NCBI GenBank assembly: GCA_036497345.1
Contig: DASXJP010000663.1
Coordinates: 1-53,715, forward strand
Source: Thermoanaerobaculia bacterium
Lineage (GTDB): Bacteria; Acidobacteriota; Thermoanaerobaculia; Multivoradales; UBA5704
Direction of reading: 5' to 3'
Length of the DNA stretch: 53,715 bases
Below the pieces are notes generated by a model that saw only the letters and a program-made list of their open reading frames with translations, did not search any database and was not told where the DNA came from. Numbering within the stretch: position 1 is the first letter of the stretch; each line of letters starts with the position of its first letter. The position numbers were made by a program, and so were the translations under genes. Below, piece after piece: positions 1 through 8,706 of this stretch.

Positions 1-92
1 ACACCCGTTCCCATTCCGAACACGGCAGTTAAGCCCCTCAGCGCCGATGGTACTGCATGCGAAAGTGTGTGGGAGAGTAGGTCGTCGCCGGA
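1..92 (+). rRNA. rrf: 5S rRNA, 3' portion (5' end lies outside the window)
   Basis: CCCGTTCCCATTCCGAACACGG...GCGCCGATGGTACTG...GGGAGAGTAGGTCGTCGCCGG matches the conserved loop C, helix IV/V and closing stem of bacterial 5S rRNA. A hairpin terminator follows. Confidence 0.9.
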
Positions 93-106
93 AAGTAATC
101 TTCACT

Positions 107-140
107 GCCCCTCGGGAAACCGAGGGGCTTCGTTTTGTTG
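107..140 (+). terminator. Rho-independent terminator of the rRNA operon
   Basis: GCCCCTCGG-GAAA-CCGAGGGGC perfect 9-bp stem with a GAAA loop, followed by TTCGTTTTGTTG. Confidence 0.7.
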
Positions 141-174
141 CCCTGGGGCTCCCGGCGGGCTAAGCTTTAGCTCC

Positions 175-1740
175 GTGATCCTCCGCCGTCTCCTCGTCTT
201 TCTGCTCGCGGCCGCGGCCCTCTGTGCGTGCCGGCAGGCGTCGGCGCACGCGGGGCACCGGCCGCCGCTGATCGTCATCGGCATCGACGGGGGCGAGTGG
301 AGAGTGATCCACCGCCTCTGGGGCGAGGGGAAGCTCCTTCATCTCAAGGCGATCGCGGACCGCGGGGCCACCGCGACCCTGTGCACCGCCTACAACTCCT
401 CCCCCGTCATCTGGACGACGATCGCGACCGGCGTCCGGCCGGACGTCCACGGCATCACCGATTTCGTGGTGTCGACGCCGCGCGGGGACGTGCCGGTCTC
501 CTCCGCCGTCCGCAAGGTGCCGGCGCTCTGGAACATGGCGTCACGGACGGGCCGCAAGGTGGCGGTGCTCGGCTGGTGGGCCTCCTGGCCCGCCGAGCCG
601 ATCAACGGCGTGGTGCTGAGCGACCGCGCCCTGCTCGACCTCGAGGCCCGGGTTTCCCCCGCCTCCTACCTGCCGCGGCTCAAGTCGGACCTGCGGGTGG
701 CGGACGCCGATCCCGGGCTGTTCCAGGACGACGGGGTCCAGCGGCAGGACCGGATGATGGCCCGCTCGGCGGCGCATATGGTCCGCGAGGGGTACGACCT
801 CATCCTGCTCTACTTCCGCAGCACCGACCTCGTCAGCCACAACGAGTGGAAGTATTTCGAGCCGGACGGCTTCGATCCTGTCGACCCGAGCGAGATGGCG
901 GCTCACCGGGATCTCGTACCGCGCGTCTACGAGGCGGTCGACCAGGAGATCGGGCGCATCCTCGCCGCCGCCCCCAAGGGCTCCAACGTGCTCGTGATGT
1001 CCGATCACGGCTTCCATTCCACCCACCGGGAGACAATCAAGGCCCTGGTCGACATGGACACCGTGCTCGAGCGGCTCGGGTATCTGGCGCGCGGGGAAGG
1101 TGGGATCGACTTCACGCGCACCCGGGTTTACACCTACGGCTCTTCGGGTTTCGAGCGCGTCAAGATGCTCCGCTTCGCGCTCGCCGGCCGCGAGCCCGGC
1201 GGTCGGGTGCGGCCGGAGGAGCGCGCGGCCCTGCGCCGCCGCCTGGAGTCCGACCTCGCCGCGGTTACCAACGACCGGGGCGAGCCGGTCCTCTTCCTGC
1301 GGGACGTCTATCCGAATCGGGGGGAGGACGGGGATTTCGCTGCCATCGTCCGCCTGCCGCTGGTCACCCCGGTGCTGAAGGTCCGGGGGAGCCCCTTTCC
1401 ACCGGCCCTGCGGAGCCTGGGACGGATCTCCGGGACCCACACCGCGAGCACCCACGGCATCTTCCTGGCCGCCGGGCCGGATATCGATCCCAGGGCGGAT
1501 CTGACGGGTATCCACATCCATGACATGGCCCCGACGATCCTCTACGCCCTGGGGCTGCCGGCGGGGGAGGACTTCGCGGGCCGGGCCCGGACGGAGCTCT
1601 TCACGGAGGGCTTCCGCCGCGGCCGGCCCCTGCGGACGATCAAGAGCTGGGGAACGCGGCAGGAGACCGCGGGCGCCCGCTCCTCCAAGGCCGACGAGAT
1701 CCTCCTCGACGAGCTACGCTCCCTCGGTTACATCCGCTAG
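175..1740 (+). CDS. Alkaline-phosphatase-superfamily type I phosphodiesterase/nucleotide pyrophosphatase, secreted or lipoprotein
   Basis: Frame of track ORF 67..1740. The codon at 67 lies inside the 5S gene, so the first plausible start is GTG 175 after the terminator. Signal-like N-terminus VILRRLLVFLLAAAALCAC. Motifs IGIDGG, NSSPVIWTTIATG..P..HGI and VMSDHGF. Confidence 0.75.
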   Translation: MILRRLLVFLLAAAALCACRQASAHAGHRPPLIVIGIDGGEWRVIHRLWGEGKLLHLKAIADRGATATLCTAYNSSPVIWTTIATGVRPDVHGITDFVVSTPRGDVPVSSAVRKVPALWNMASRTGRKVAVLGWWASWPAEPINGVVLSDRALLDLEARVSPASYLPRLKSDLRVADADPGLFQDDGVQRQDRMMARSAAHMVREGYDLILLYFRSTDLVSHNEWKYFEPDGFDPVDPSEMAAHRDLVPRVYEAVDQEIGRILAAAPKGSNVLVMSDHGFHSTHRETIKALVDMDTVLERLGYLARGEGGIDFTRTRVYTYGSSGFERVKMLRFALAGREPGGRVRPEERAALRRRLESDLAAVTNDRGEPVLFLRDVYPNRGEDGDFAAIVRLPLVTPVLKVRGSPFPPALRSLGRISGTHTASTHGIFLAAGPDIDPRADLTGIHIHDMAPTILYALGLPAGEDFAGRARTELFTEGFRRGRPLRTIKSWGTRQETAGARSSKADEILLDELRSLGYIR

Positions 1741-3071
1741 TCCGTCCAGATCTGCTTCCACCAGGGGTCGTCCTGCGAGGCTCCCTTGGCGCTCGCCGCG
1801 AGGTTCATCCGCTTCCGGATCTTGTTGACGTCCCAGCCGGTGAGCGAGGCGAGGGTCGCCGCCTGGGTCTCGTACCGCTTCGGCAGCTCCCGGCGGTAGC
1901 TCCGCGCCGCCTCGCAGGTCCCGCCGCCCGTCCAGGGGTGGCGCAGGATGAAGCGCCCCTGGAAATTCTCGCGGTCGGCGGTCTCCTGGAACACCAGGTC
2001 CTCGGGGAAGTGCGCGGCGTCGTAGCGCAGGTGGAGCCGGGTGAGGAAGACGTTCTGGGCGCCTGGATAGGAGGAAGCATCCTCCCCGCCGCTCCAGAGG
2101 ACGCCGAGCTGGCGGAGCTCGGCCGCGGAGAGCGGATCGGCCGCGCAGGGGTCGCACCAGGCCATGTCCCAGGCGTATTCGAGGAAGAGCGTCCGCATGT
2201 CCTGCTTTTTGACCTGCTGGCTGAACATCGCCTTGTAGAACGGGCCGAAGTCGTCCTTCACGAACAGGGGGACCTCGGCGTCCGAGGGGAGGCGGACGGT
2301 GCGGTAGTTGGTGGTCTCGACCCGCCCCTTGCGGGTGAGGGCGTAGATGAACAGCTCCTGGGGGCCGGCGGCGTTGACCATGCCGAGGCGGATGGGGAGC
2401 ATGAATTTCGGGCTCTCGTAGGCCACCTGGATCGGCCGCAGGTAGGTGAAGCCGAGCTTCGACTGCTGCTCCAGGTTCACCTTGGCGACGAAGAACCGCA
2501 TCCCCTGCTTGAGATAGCTGCCGAGCACCCGCGAGGCCCCCGGCGGGACGCGGTAGCCGTTCTCGATCAGCCAGGTCTCCAGCCCCTGGCTCTCCTTGGC
2601 GGAGAGGATCAGGATGTCGTACTCGCCCACGGTGTATCTCGCCTCGATCTTCACGCCCAGGCTCTTGGCGCGCTTCTCGAACCGGTCGCTGACGGCGCCC
2701 TCGGCCTTCGGCGCCTGGACCGCCATCGGGTAGACCGGCCGGCAGGGGTCCTCGTCGAAGTACTCGACCAGCCGCGGCGCCGAATAGGCGTCCAGGTGGT
2801 CGAGCAGGGCCTTCTCGGCGACGTGGATCTGCTCCTTCTGCAGGAAGGTGGGGACGGGGATGACGATGGCGAATTCCTTCGGATCCCCCTTGAAGTCGTT
2901 GGCCATGGTGAGGACGGTACGGTCGCCGTCGCGCGCCAGGACGACCTGCGAGGCCTGGTTGAACAGCCTGGTGTCCGCCTTGGCCACGTAGAAGCCGCAG
3001 AAGCCGAGGGCGGTCCGGGCGGCCGCCACGAGCACGGCGGCCGTGAGAGCGGCGGTCAGGAAGCGTCTCAT
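1737..3071 (-). CDS. DUF2330-family secreted protein
   Basis: C-terminal 444 aa of track ORF 1737..4025. ATG at 3071 gives signal peptide MRRFLTAALTAAVLVAAARTALG followed by FCGFYVAKAD, as recalled for DUF2330. The start overlaps the stop of the upstream gene by 4 nt. Confidence 0.75.
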   Translation of the reverse strand: MRRFLTAALTAAVLVAAARTALGFCGFYVAKADTRLFNQASQVVLARDGDRTVLTMANDFKGDPKEFAIVIPVPTFLQKEQIHVAEKALLDHLDAYSAPRLVEYFDEDPCRPVYPMAVQAPKAEGAVSDRFEKRAKSLGVKIEARYTVGEYDILILSAKESQGLETWLIENGYRVPPGASRVLGSYLKQGMRFFVAKVNLEQQSKLGFTYLRPIQVAYESPKFMLPIRLGMVNAAGPQELFIYALTRKGRVETTNYRTVRLPSDAEVPLFVKDDFGPFYKAMFSQQVKKQDMRTLFLEYAWDMAWCDPCAADPLSAAELRQLGVLWSGGEDASSYPGAQNVFLTRLHLRYDAAHFPEDLVFQETADRENFQGRFILRHPWTGGGTCEAARSYRRELPKRYETQAATLASLTGWDVNKIRKRMNLAASAKGASQDDPWWKQIWTD

Positions 3072-3895
3072 GCGAATCTCCTTTCTTCGAGGAGAGTGGG
3101 GGTGGAGACCGGAGGAGCCGCCCGGCGCCAGACATAGCGGGAGCCGGGCAGCAGGCGGTCGATCAGCGGCACCGCCGGCGCCAGGAAGAAGAGCGACAGC
3201 AGCAGGCCGTTGGGCCGGTAGAGCACGAAGTGGACGTACCCCGCGCCGAGGGCCACCAGCAGGGCAAACAGGACACGGCCGGCCCGCGAGTCGGGGGTGG
3301 TGCGGGGGTCGGAGATCATGAAGAAGGTAAAGATCAGGAACGCGCCGCTCTCGACCTGATGGAGGGGGATGGCCATGGGCTGCCCCAGCCAGAGGGCGCG
3401 CCCGCAGAGGACCGCCAGATAGAAGGCCAGGAAGGCGTAGGTGACGTCGCTGCGCGCCGCCCGGTTGACCACCAGGCCGCCCAGGCAGGCGATCAGGAAG
3501 GCGAAGAACGCCGCGCTCCCCCACTGGCCCGGGGAGACCCAGACGCCGCCGGTGGCGAGCATCACCGCCACGATGCCGAAGTTGGTGGGGTTGAAGACGT
3601 GCTTGCCGCGGACCCGGAGGACGAATTTGCCGGCGATGGTGACCACGGCGGCCAGCGCCGCCAGGGCCCAGGAATTGGTGCGCAGCAGCAGGCAGAGGGA
3701 GAGCCCCGAGATCAGGGCGCTCCGCGGGTCGAAGGCCGGCAGCCGCCAGAGTCGGGTACAGGCGTACTGGGTGAGCTGGGCCACCCCCAGCAGGAGGAGG
3801 GCGCGGCCCGCGGGGATCTCCAGGTCCAGGCGGGTCACGCCATAGACCAGCAGCGACGAGAGGATCAGGATCTGGTAGAGGCGGGGGTCTCTCAT
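3068..3895 (-). CDS. RnfD/NqrB-like polytopic membrane protein
   Basis: ATG 3895 preceded by GAGGAGGAGGAG. Multiple TM helices and an HVFNPTNFGIV motif typical of the NqrB/RnfD family. Coupled to the DUF2330 gene. Confidence 0.7.
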   Translation of the reverse strand: MRDPRLYQILILSSLLVYGVTRLDLEIPAGRALLLLGVAQLTQYACTRLWRLPAFDPRSALISGLSLCLLLRTNSWALAALAAVVTIAGKFVLRVRGKHVFNPTNFGIVAVMLATGGVWVSPGQWGSAAFFAFLIACLGGLVVNRAARSDVTYAFLAFYLAVLCGRALWLGQPMAIPLHQVESGAFLIFTFFMISDPRTTPDSRAGRVLFALLVALGAGYVHFVLYRPNGLLLSLFFLAPAVPLIDRLLPGSRYVWRRAAPPVSTPTLLEERRFA

Positions 3896-4024
3896 GGCGG
3901 TCTCCTCCTCCTCTTTGGACACCGCGGGTTTCGACCGGGAAACCGCTCGCCCCCAACGTTTGGGCTGTCTGCTCCGTAGTAAGATAGAGACGTATCGCAG
4001 ACTGGGAATAGAAAGGAAGCTTCA

Positions 4025-5269
4025 ATGCAGAAAGCAGTTGTCCTCTGTGGAGGTGTGCTCGCGCTGGGCCTCTCCGCTGCGGCCTGGGCCGGCCCCACGG
4101 CGCAGGGAGCGCCGTTCCACATCAGCTCTTGCACAACCTGCATCGAGCAGGTCCCGGCCGTGGCCGGCTCGGCGTCCGGCGCCTTCCTGACCATCTGGAA
4201 GGGGACGAGCCCCACCAATTCCAATGGGGTGAGCGGCCGGATGTTCTCCAGCACGGGCACCCCCATGGGCTCGGATTTCCTGGCCAACAAGGACCTGACA
4301 GAGGATCAGTACGACCCGGCGGTGGCCCGCGACGGGCAGGGGAGCTTCATCGTGGTCTGGTCGGAGGTCATCAACGGCAACAGCGAGATCAAGGGCCGGC
4401 GCTACGGACCGACCGGCGCGGCGCTGGGCGCCCCCTTCAAGGTCAACCAGGACCAGGCCGGGACGCCGACCATCCCCGCCGACTTCAACCCCGCGGTGGC
4501 GGTCCTGAAGGACGGCTTCATCGTGACCTGGATGAGCATCCTGCCCGCGGGCAACGGCTTCCCCGGATCCACGCCCCAGGTGCTGGCCCGCAAGCTGGGC
4601 CCGACCGGCACGCCGGTGGGGAATCAGGTCAAGATCAACACCGGCCTGGTCAACGGCGACCGCCCGGACGTCTGCGTGGACACCTCGGGAAAGCCGGTGG
4701 TGGTCTGGACGAGCGTGGACGGCTTCCCTCTTTTCGAGGCCAATCACAAGGGGGTCTCGCTACGCCAGCTCACGCCCGCGGGCGTTCCTGTGGGCACGGC
4801 CGAGACGGTGGTCGCCGCCCCCAAGGCGGGCTCGGTCCATCCGGCGGTCTCCTGCGGCGCCGGCAGCACCTTCGTGGTGGTCTGGCACAGCGACCAGTCG
4901 CCGGCGGTGGACCAGACCGACATCCTCGGGCAACGCTTCAGCCGCCTGGGGCGCGCCGTCGGGGCCACCTTCCGGATCAACACGACGGTGGCGAACCAGG
5001 ACCGCAACCCGTCGATCGCCCATGACGCCAAGGGGAATTTCGTGGTGGTCTGGCAGGCGTACCTCGCGGGCACCAAGGTGAGCATCCTGGGCCGCCGCTT
5101 CAACGGCTCGGCCGCCGCGCTCAGCCCGGAATTCGAAGTGTTCGCCGGCACCGACAACGCGCTGATCCCCGGCAATCCCGACGTCGCCATGACCGGGACC
5201 ACGGGAAATTTCGTGGTCGTCTGGCAGGACGGCTCGCAGAGCATCTCCGGCCGGCGCTTCACTCCGTAG
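4025..5269 (+). CDS. Secreted repeat protein, probable 7-bladed beta-propeller
   Basis: SD AAAGGAAG, then ATG. Signal peptide MQKAVVLCGGVLALGLSAAAWA. About seven repeats of 55-60 aa share the pattern G-x-F-[IV]-V-[VT]-W ... [IL]-x-G-R-[RQ]-[FY] ... G-x-x-F-x-[VI]-N ... P-x-V-A. Confidence 0.75.
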   Translation: MQKAVVLCGGVLALGLSAAAWAGPTAQGAPFHISSCTTCIEQVPAVAGSASGAFLTIWKGTSPTNSNGVSGRMFSSTGTPMGSDFLANKDLTEDQYDPAVARDGQGSFIVVWSEVINGNSEIKGRRYGPTGAALGAPFKVNQDQAGTPTIPADFNPAVAVLKDGFIVTWMSILPAGNGFPGSTPQVLARKLGPTGTPVGNQVKINTGLVNGDRPDVCVDTSGKPVVVWTSVDGFPLFEANHKGVSLRQLTPAGVPVGTAETVVAAPKAGSVHPAVSCGAGSTFVVVWHSDQSPAVDQTDILGQRFSRLGRAVGATFRINTTVANQDRNPSIAHDAKGNFVVVWQAYLAGTKVSILGRRFNGSAAALSPEFEVFAGTDNALIPGNPDVAMTGTTGNFVVVWQDGSQSISGRRFTP

Positions 5270-6068
5270 TCACCTCCCGGCAATCGCCCGGGACCGGCTC
5301 GAGCGGCGTCCGTCCCACCGCCAGGGCGGTGACGGCCGCCGCTCCGGCTTTTTTGAGGGCGGCCGCGGCGGCGTCCAGGGTCGCTCCGGTGGTCGCCACG
5401 TCGTCGACCAGCAGGATGTGAAGGCCGCGGACGCGATCGGGACGGGGGACGCGGAAGGCCTTGCGGAGATTGGCCAGGCGCTCCCCCCGGCCGAGCAGGC
5501 TCTGCGGTGGCGTGGCCCGGCGGCGCGCCAGGGCCTGGACGCAGGGCAGGTCGAGCCGGCCGGCCAGAGGGCGGGCGATCCTCTCCGCCTGGTTGTAGCC
5601 GCGCGCCAGGCGCCGCCGCCAGTGGAGGGGCACGGGGACCACCTGGTCGCAGCCCGCGAGCCCGGGGCCGAGCTCGGCCGCGAGTGCCGCCGCCAGGTGC
5701 CTTCCGAGGTAGTCCAGGCGCCCGAACTTGAGCCCGCGCACCACGGCGTCGAGGGGCGGCCGGTAGCTCCACAGGGCGACCAGCCGGTCGAAGGCGGGCG
5801 GGCTCTGCCGGCAGGCGCCGCACCGGTAGCCCGCCGGGAGGGCGTGGGCGGCGAGCGGCCGGAGGCAGACCGTGCAGGCCGCCCGGGGGACGGGGACGAG
5901 GGACGCCCGGCAGACGGCGCAGAGGCCCAAGGGGGCTCCCGCCGCCGGGAGCGGCCGGCCGCAGCCGAGACAGGGGGCCGGCAGCAGGGCGTGCATCAGC
6001 CGGTCGAGCAGGCGCTCTTCCGAGGACTGGACGCGGAGGGCGCGAGGCTCGTAGAAAGGATCGGGCAT
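5259..6068 (-). CDS. comF: ComF-family phosphoribosyltransferase-like protein
   Basis: N-terminal Cys clusters (CLGCG...CAVC...CTVC...CGAC) and the PRTase motif ILLVDDVATTGATL. Confidence 0.85.
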   Translation of the reverse strand: MPDPFYEPRALRVQSSEERLLDRLMHALLPAPCLGCGRPLPAAGAPLGLCAVCRASLVPVPRAACTVCLRPLAAHALPAGYRCGACRQSPPAFDRLVALWSYRPPLDAVVRGLKFGRLDYLGRHLAAALAAELGPGLAGCDQVVPVPLHWRRRLARGYNQAERIARPLAGRLDLPCVQALARRRATPPQSLLGRGERLANLRKAFRVPRPDRVRGLHILLVDDVATTGATLDAAAAALKKAGAAAVTALAVGRTPLEPVPGDCREVTTE

Positions 6069-6173
6069 GGGGAGGCGGCGCTCGTGGCTGGCGCCGATAT
6101 ACTCTCAGGAACCGGGCGCCGCCGGGAGAGCCGGGCGCCGGAATCGAGCGGATACGCCGCGAAGGAGAGGAAT

Positions 6174-6731
6174 TTGATTGGGAATCATCGCCTGCTCGGC
6201 AGGCTCCTGCTGGCCTTCTCGCTGCTCTTGCTCCCCGCCGCCGCCGGCGCGCAGGAGGAGCTCTACACCTACACCGTGGGCGTCTTCGGCGGCCTCGGCG
6301 GCTCGCTCGACGCCGATCCGGGGGGGAGCGTCACCAACACCGGCTTCCAGCTCAACCTCGGCCTGGTCACCGAGCCGCGCACCCACCTGGTGTTGCGCAC
6401 CGGCCGGCTCGGCCTCGACAAGGACAAGCTCTTCGGCTCGCTGAGCAACGCCGACATGGAGTACGTCACGATCGGCGGCGAGTACCGCTATGGCGAGAAA
6501 TACTATGACTCCGGGGTCTTCGTCGCCTTGGGCGCCTACCGGCTGAACGGCACGGAGCCCTCAGGCCGCGACTCCCGGGAGGACACCTGGGGAGTCTCCG
6601 TGGGGTTCACCGGCGAGCTGCCGGTCCGCCGCTGGCTGGGGGTCCAGGCCGAGATCGCGGGCCACTACGTGGACTTCCACGAGGAGCAGTTCTTCGTCAC
6701 CGGCCACGTAGGCCTGGCCTTCCACTTCTAG
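6174..6731 (+). CDS. Small outer-membrane beta-barrel protein
   Basis: TTG 6174 is 6 nt after GGAG. Signal peptide LLGRLLLAFSLLLLPAAAGAQ, alternating beta-strand pattern and a terminal ...GLAFHF aromatic residue. The upstream part of track ORF 5418..6731 is antisense to comF. Confidence 0.65.
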   Translation: MIGNHRLLGRLLLAFSLLLLPAAAGAQEELYTYTVGVFGGLGGSLDADPGGSVTNTGFQLNLGLVTEPRTHLVLRTGRLGLDKDKLFGSLSNADMEYVTIGGEYRYGEKYYDSGVFVALGAYRLNGTEPSGRDSREDTWGVSVGFTGELPVRRWLGVQAEIAGHYVDFHEEQFFVTGHVGLAFHF

Positions 6732-7339
6732 GGGCGAAGCGCGGCGGTCTTGCTGGCGCCATCCTTCAGGCGCGCGGCGAGATCCGCCCGCAGGGCCTGA
6801 TCGTCCCAATCGGTCATTCCCACCCACTTGCGCACGACCTGCCCCCGGACCACCAGATAGGTCTCCGGGAGCTTGTCCGTGCCGTAGCGGTTGGCCACCT
6901 TCCAGTTGGGATCGAACAGCACCATCTCGGAGCCCGGCCCCAGGAAGGTGCGGACCCGGTCGGAGGAGTCGGCGACGGCCACCATCACCACCGAGAAATC
7001 CTGATTGCCGGAGAAGTCGTGGATCAGCCGCTGGAGCTTCGGCGTCTCCTGGATGCAGGGCGGGCACCAGGTGGCCCAGAAGTGGACCAGCGTGACCGGC
7101 GAGAGGCGCGAGCCGATGGTGGCGGCCCGGCCGGTCGAGTCGTAGAGGAAGCCGCCCGGCTCCTGGACCGCGCTCCGCCCCTTGGGCCAGAAGAGGGCCG
7201 AGAGAGCGCAGACCGCCAGGGCCGCGAGACCCAGCTTGGCGGGCAGGCCGAGGCGGGCTCCGGAGATCGGCGGAGCGGGCGTCGCGTCGGCCGGCGGGGC
7301 GGCGCTCGAGGGTGCTTCCGATTCATTTTGGGAATTCAT
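6728..7339 (-). CDS. TlpA-like thiol:disulfide oxidoreductase (thioredoxin fold), membrane anchored
   Basis: ATG 7339. TM anchor LGLAALAVCALSALFW and redox motif FWATWCPPC. The rest of track ORF 6728..8587 is antisense to hflX. Confidence 0.85.
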   Translation of the reverse strand: MNSQNESEAPSSAAPPADATPAPPISGARLGLPAKLGLAALAVCALSALFWPKGRSAVQEPGGFLYDSTGRAATIGSRLSPVTLVHFWATWCPPCIQETPKLQRLIHDFSGNQDFSVVMVAVADSSDRVRTFLGPGSEMVLFDPNWKVANRYGTDKLPETYLVVRGQVVRKWVGMTDWDDQALRADLAARLKDGASKTAALRP

Positions 7340-7375
7340 AAACTGGCTCCAGCGTTGAACCTCTCGGGATCCGCT

Positions 7376-7405
7376 TTGACCCTGAATCCCGATTTTCCCT
7401 AGAAT
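7376..7405 (+). promoter_or_regulatory. Candidate sigma70 promoter for hflX
   Basis: TTGACC-N18-TAGAAT ending about 22 nt upstream of the TTG start. Confidence 0.35.
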
Positions 7406-7426
7406 ACCCCACAGACTGGAAAAGAT

Positions 7427-8563
7427 TTGCACAACCTTGAAGAAAGCCGTTTCGCGCGTCCCCGGCGGGCGTTCCTGGTAGGCCTCGTCCTGCCGGGACA
7501 GCCGGGCTACGTCGTCGAGGAGCACCTGGACGAGCTGGCGCAGCTCGCCGACACCGCGGGAGCGGTGGTGGTGGGGAGGGCCGTCCAGTCGCGCAAGGCG
7601 CCGGACCCGGCGACCTTCATCGGCAGCGGCAAGGCCGGGGAGATCGGCGACGCCGCCCGCGAGCTGGGGGCCGACCTGCTGCTGTTCGACGACGACCTCT
7701 CGGGGAGCCAGGTCAAGAACCTCGAGGAGGCGACGAAGCTGTCGGTGATGGACCGCAGCGCGCTGATCCTGGACATCTTCGATCTGCGGGCGCAGAGCCG
7801 CGAGGCGCGCACCCAGGTCGAGCTGGCCCGGCTCAAGTACATGCTCCCCCGCCTGACCCGGCAGTGGAGCCACCTCTCGCGCCAGGGGGGCGGCTTCGGC
7901 CAGCGCGGCGGCGAGGGTGAGAAGCAGCTCGAGCAGGACCGCCGGGTCCTGCGCAACCGCATCCGCCGGCTGGAGGAGGACCTCGAGAAGATCGAGCGCA
8001 CCCGCGGCGTCCAGCGGCGCGGGCGGGACGGCGTCCCCGCGGTGGCGCTGACCGGCTACACGAACGCCGGCAAGTCGACCCTGTTCAACCGGCTGACCTC
8101 GGCCGGGACCCTCGCCGAAAACCGCCTCTTCGCCACCCTCGACGCCAAGCTGCGACGGGGGCAGGTGAACGGCGCCCGCTCGGCGGTCTTCGCGGACACG
8201 GTCGGCTTCATCCGCAAGCTGCCGCACCATCTGGTCTCCTCGTTCCGCAGCACGTTGGGGGAGATCACCGCGGCCGACCTCGTGCTCCATGTGGTCGACC
8301 GCAGCCACCCCCGCTGGCAGGAGCAGGCGGAGGTGGCCGAGGCGGTGATGGACGATCTGGGGGTCGATCGCGAGCGGGTGATCCGGGTGTTCAACAAGAG
8401 CGACCTCGTCCCGGCCGAGGAGCCGCGCAACGGCGGCGCGCTCTGGGTCTCGGCGGCCACGGGGGAGGGGATCGCGGAGCTGAAGGCCGAGCTGGCCCGG
8501 CGGCTGGGGCTCGGCGCTCCAGCCCCGAGTGTCTCCTTCGAGGCGGCGCCGGGGCTGGTTTGA
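7427..8563 (+). CDS. hflX: GTPase HflX
   Basis: Motifs G1 GYTNAGKST, G3 DTVGF and G4 NKSD, plus an N-terminal HflX domain (RAFLVGL..., LLLFDDDLSGSQVKNLE). TTG start. Confidence 0.9.
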   Translation: MHNLEESRFARPRRAFLVGLVLPGQPGYVVEEHLDELAQLADTAGAVVVGRAVQSRKAPDPATFIGSGKAGEIGDAARELGADLLLFDDDLSGSQVKNLEEATKLSVMDRSALILDIFDLRAQSREARTQVELARLKYMLPRLTRQWSHLSRQGGGFGQRGGEGEKQLEQDRRVLRNRIRRLEEDLEKIERTRGVQRRGRDGVPAVALTGYTNAGKSTLFNRLTSAGTLAENRLFATLDAKLRRGQVNGARSAVFADTVGFIRKLPHHLVSSFRSTLGEITAADLVLHVVDRSHPRWQEQAEVAEAVMDDLGVDRERVIRVFNKSDLVPAEEPRNGGALWVSAATGEGIAELKAELARRLGLGAPAPSVSFEAAPGLV

Positions 8564-8600
8564 CACCCTCGCCCGCACTCTGTACAATCCGCCGTCCTGT

Positions 8601-8676
<76 letters not shown>

Positions 8677-8706
8677 ACTCCCTCCTCTCCTTCCTGAATC
8701 CCAGGC

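Noticed and set aside
67-174. N-terminal 36 codons of track ORF 67..1740
   Set aside because: They overlap the 5S rRNA 3' end and its terminator. Coding most plausibly begins at GTG 175, which gives a signal-peptide-like N-terminus.
3072-4025. Upstream 318 codons of the 762-aa ORF 1737..4025
   Set aside because: This is a P/R/G-rich read-through in a different frame over the RnfD-like gene, which has TM helices, a family motif and a strong SD. The DUF2330 gene starts at ATG 3071.
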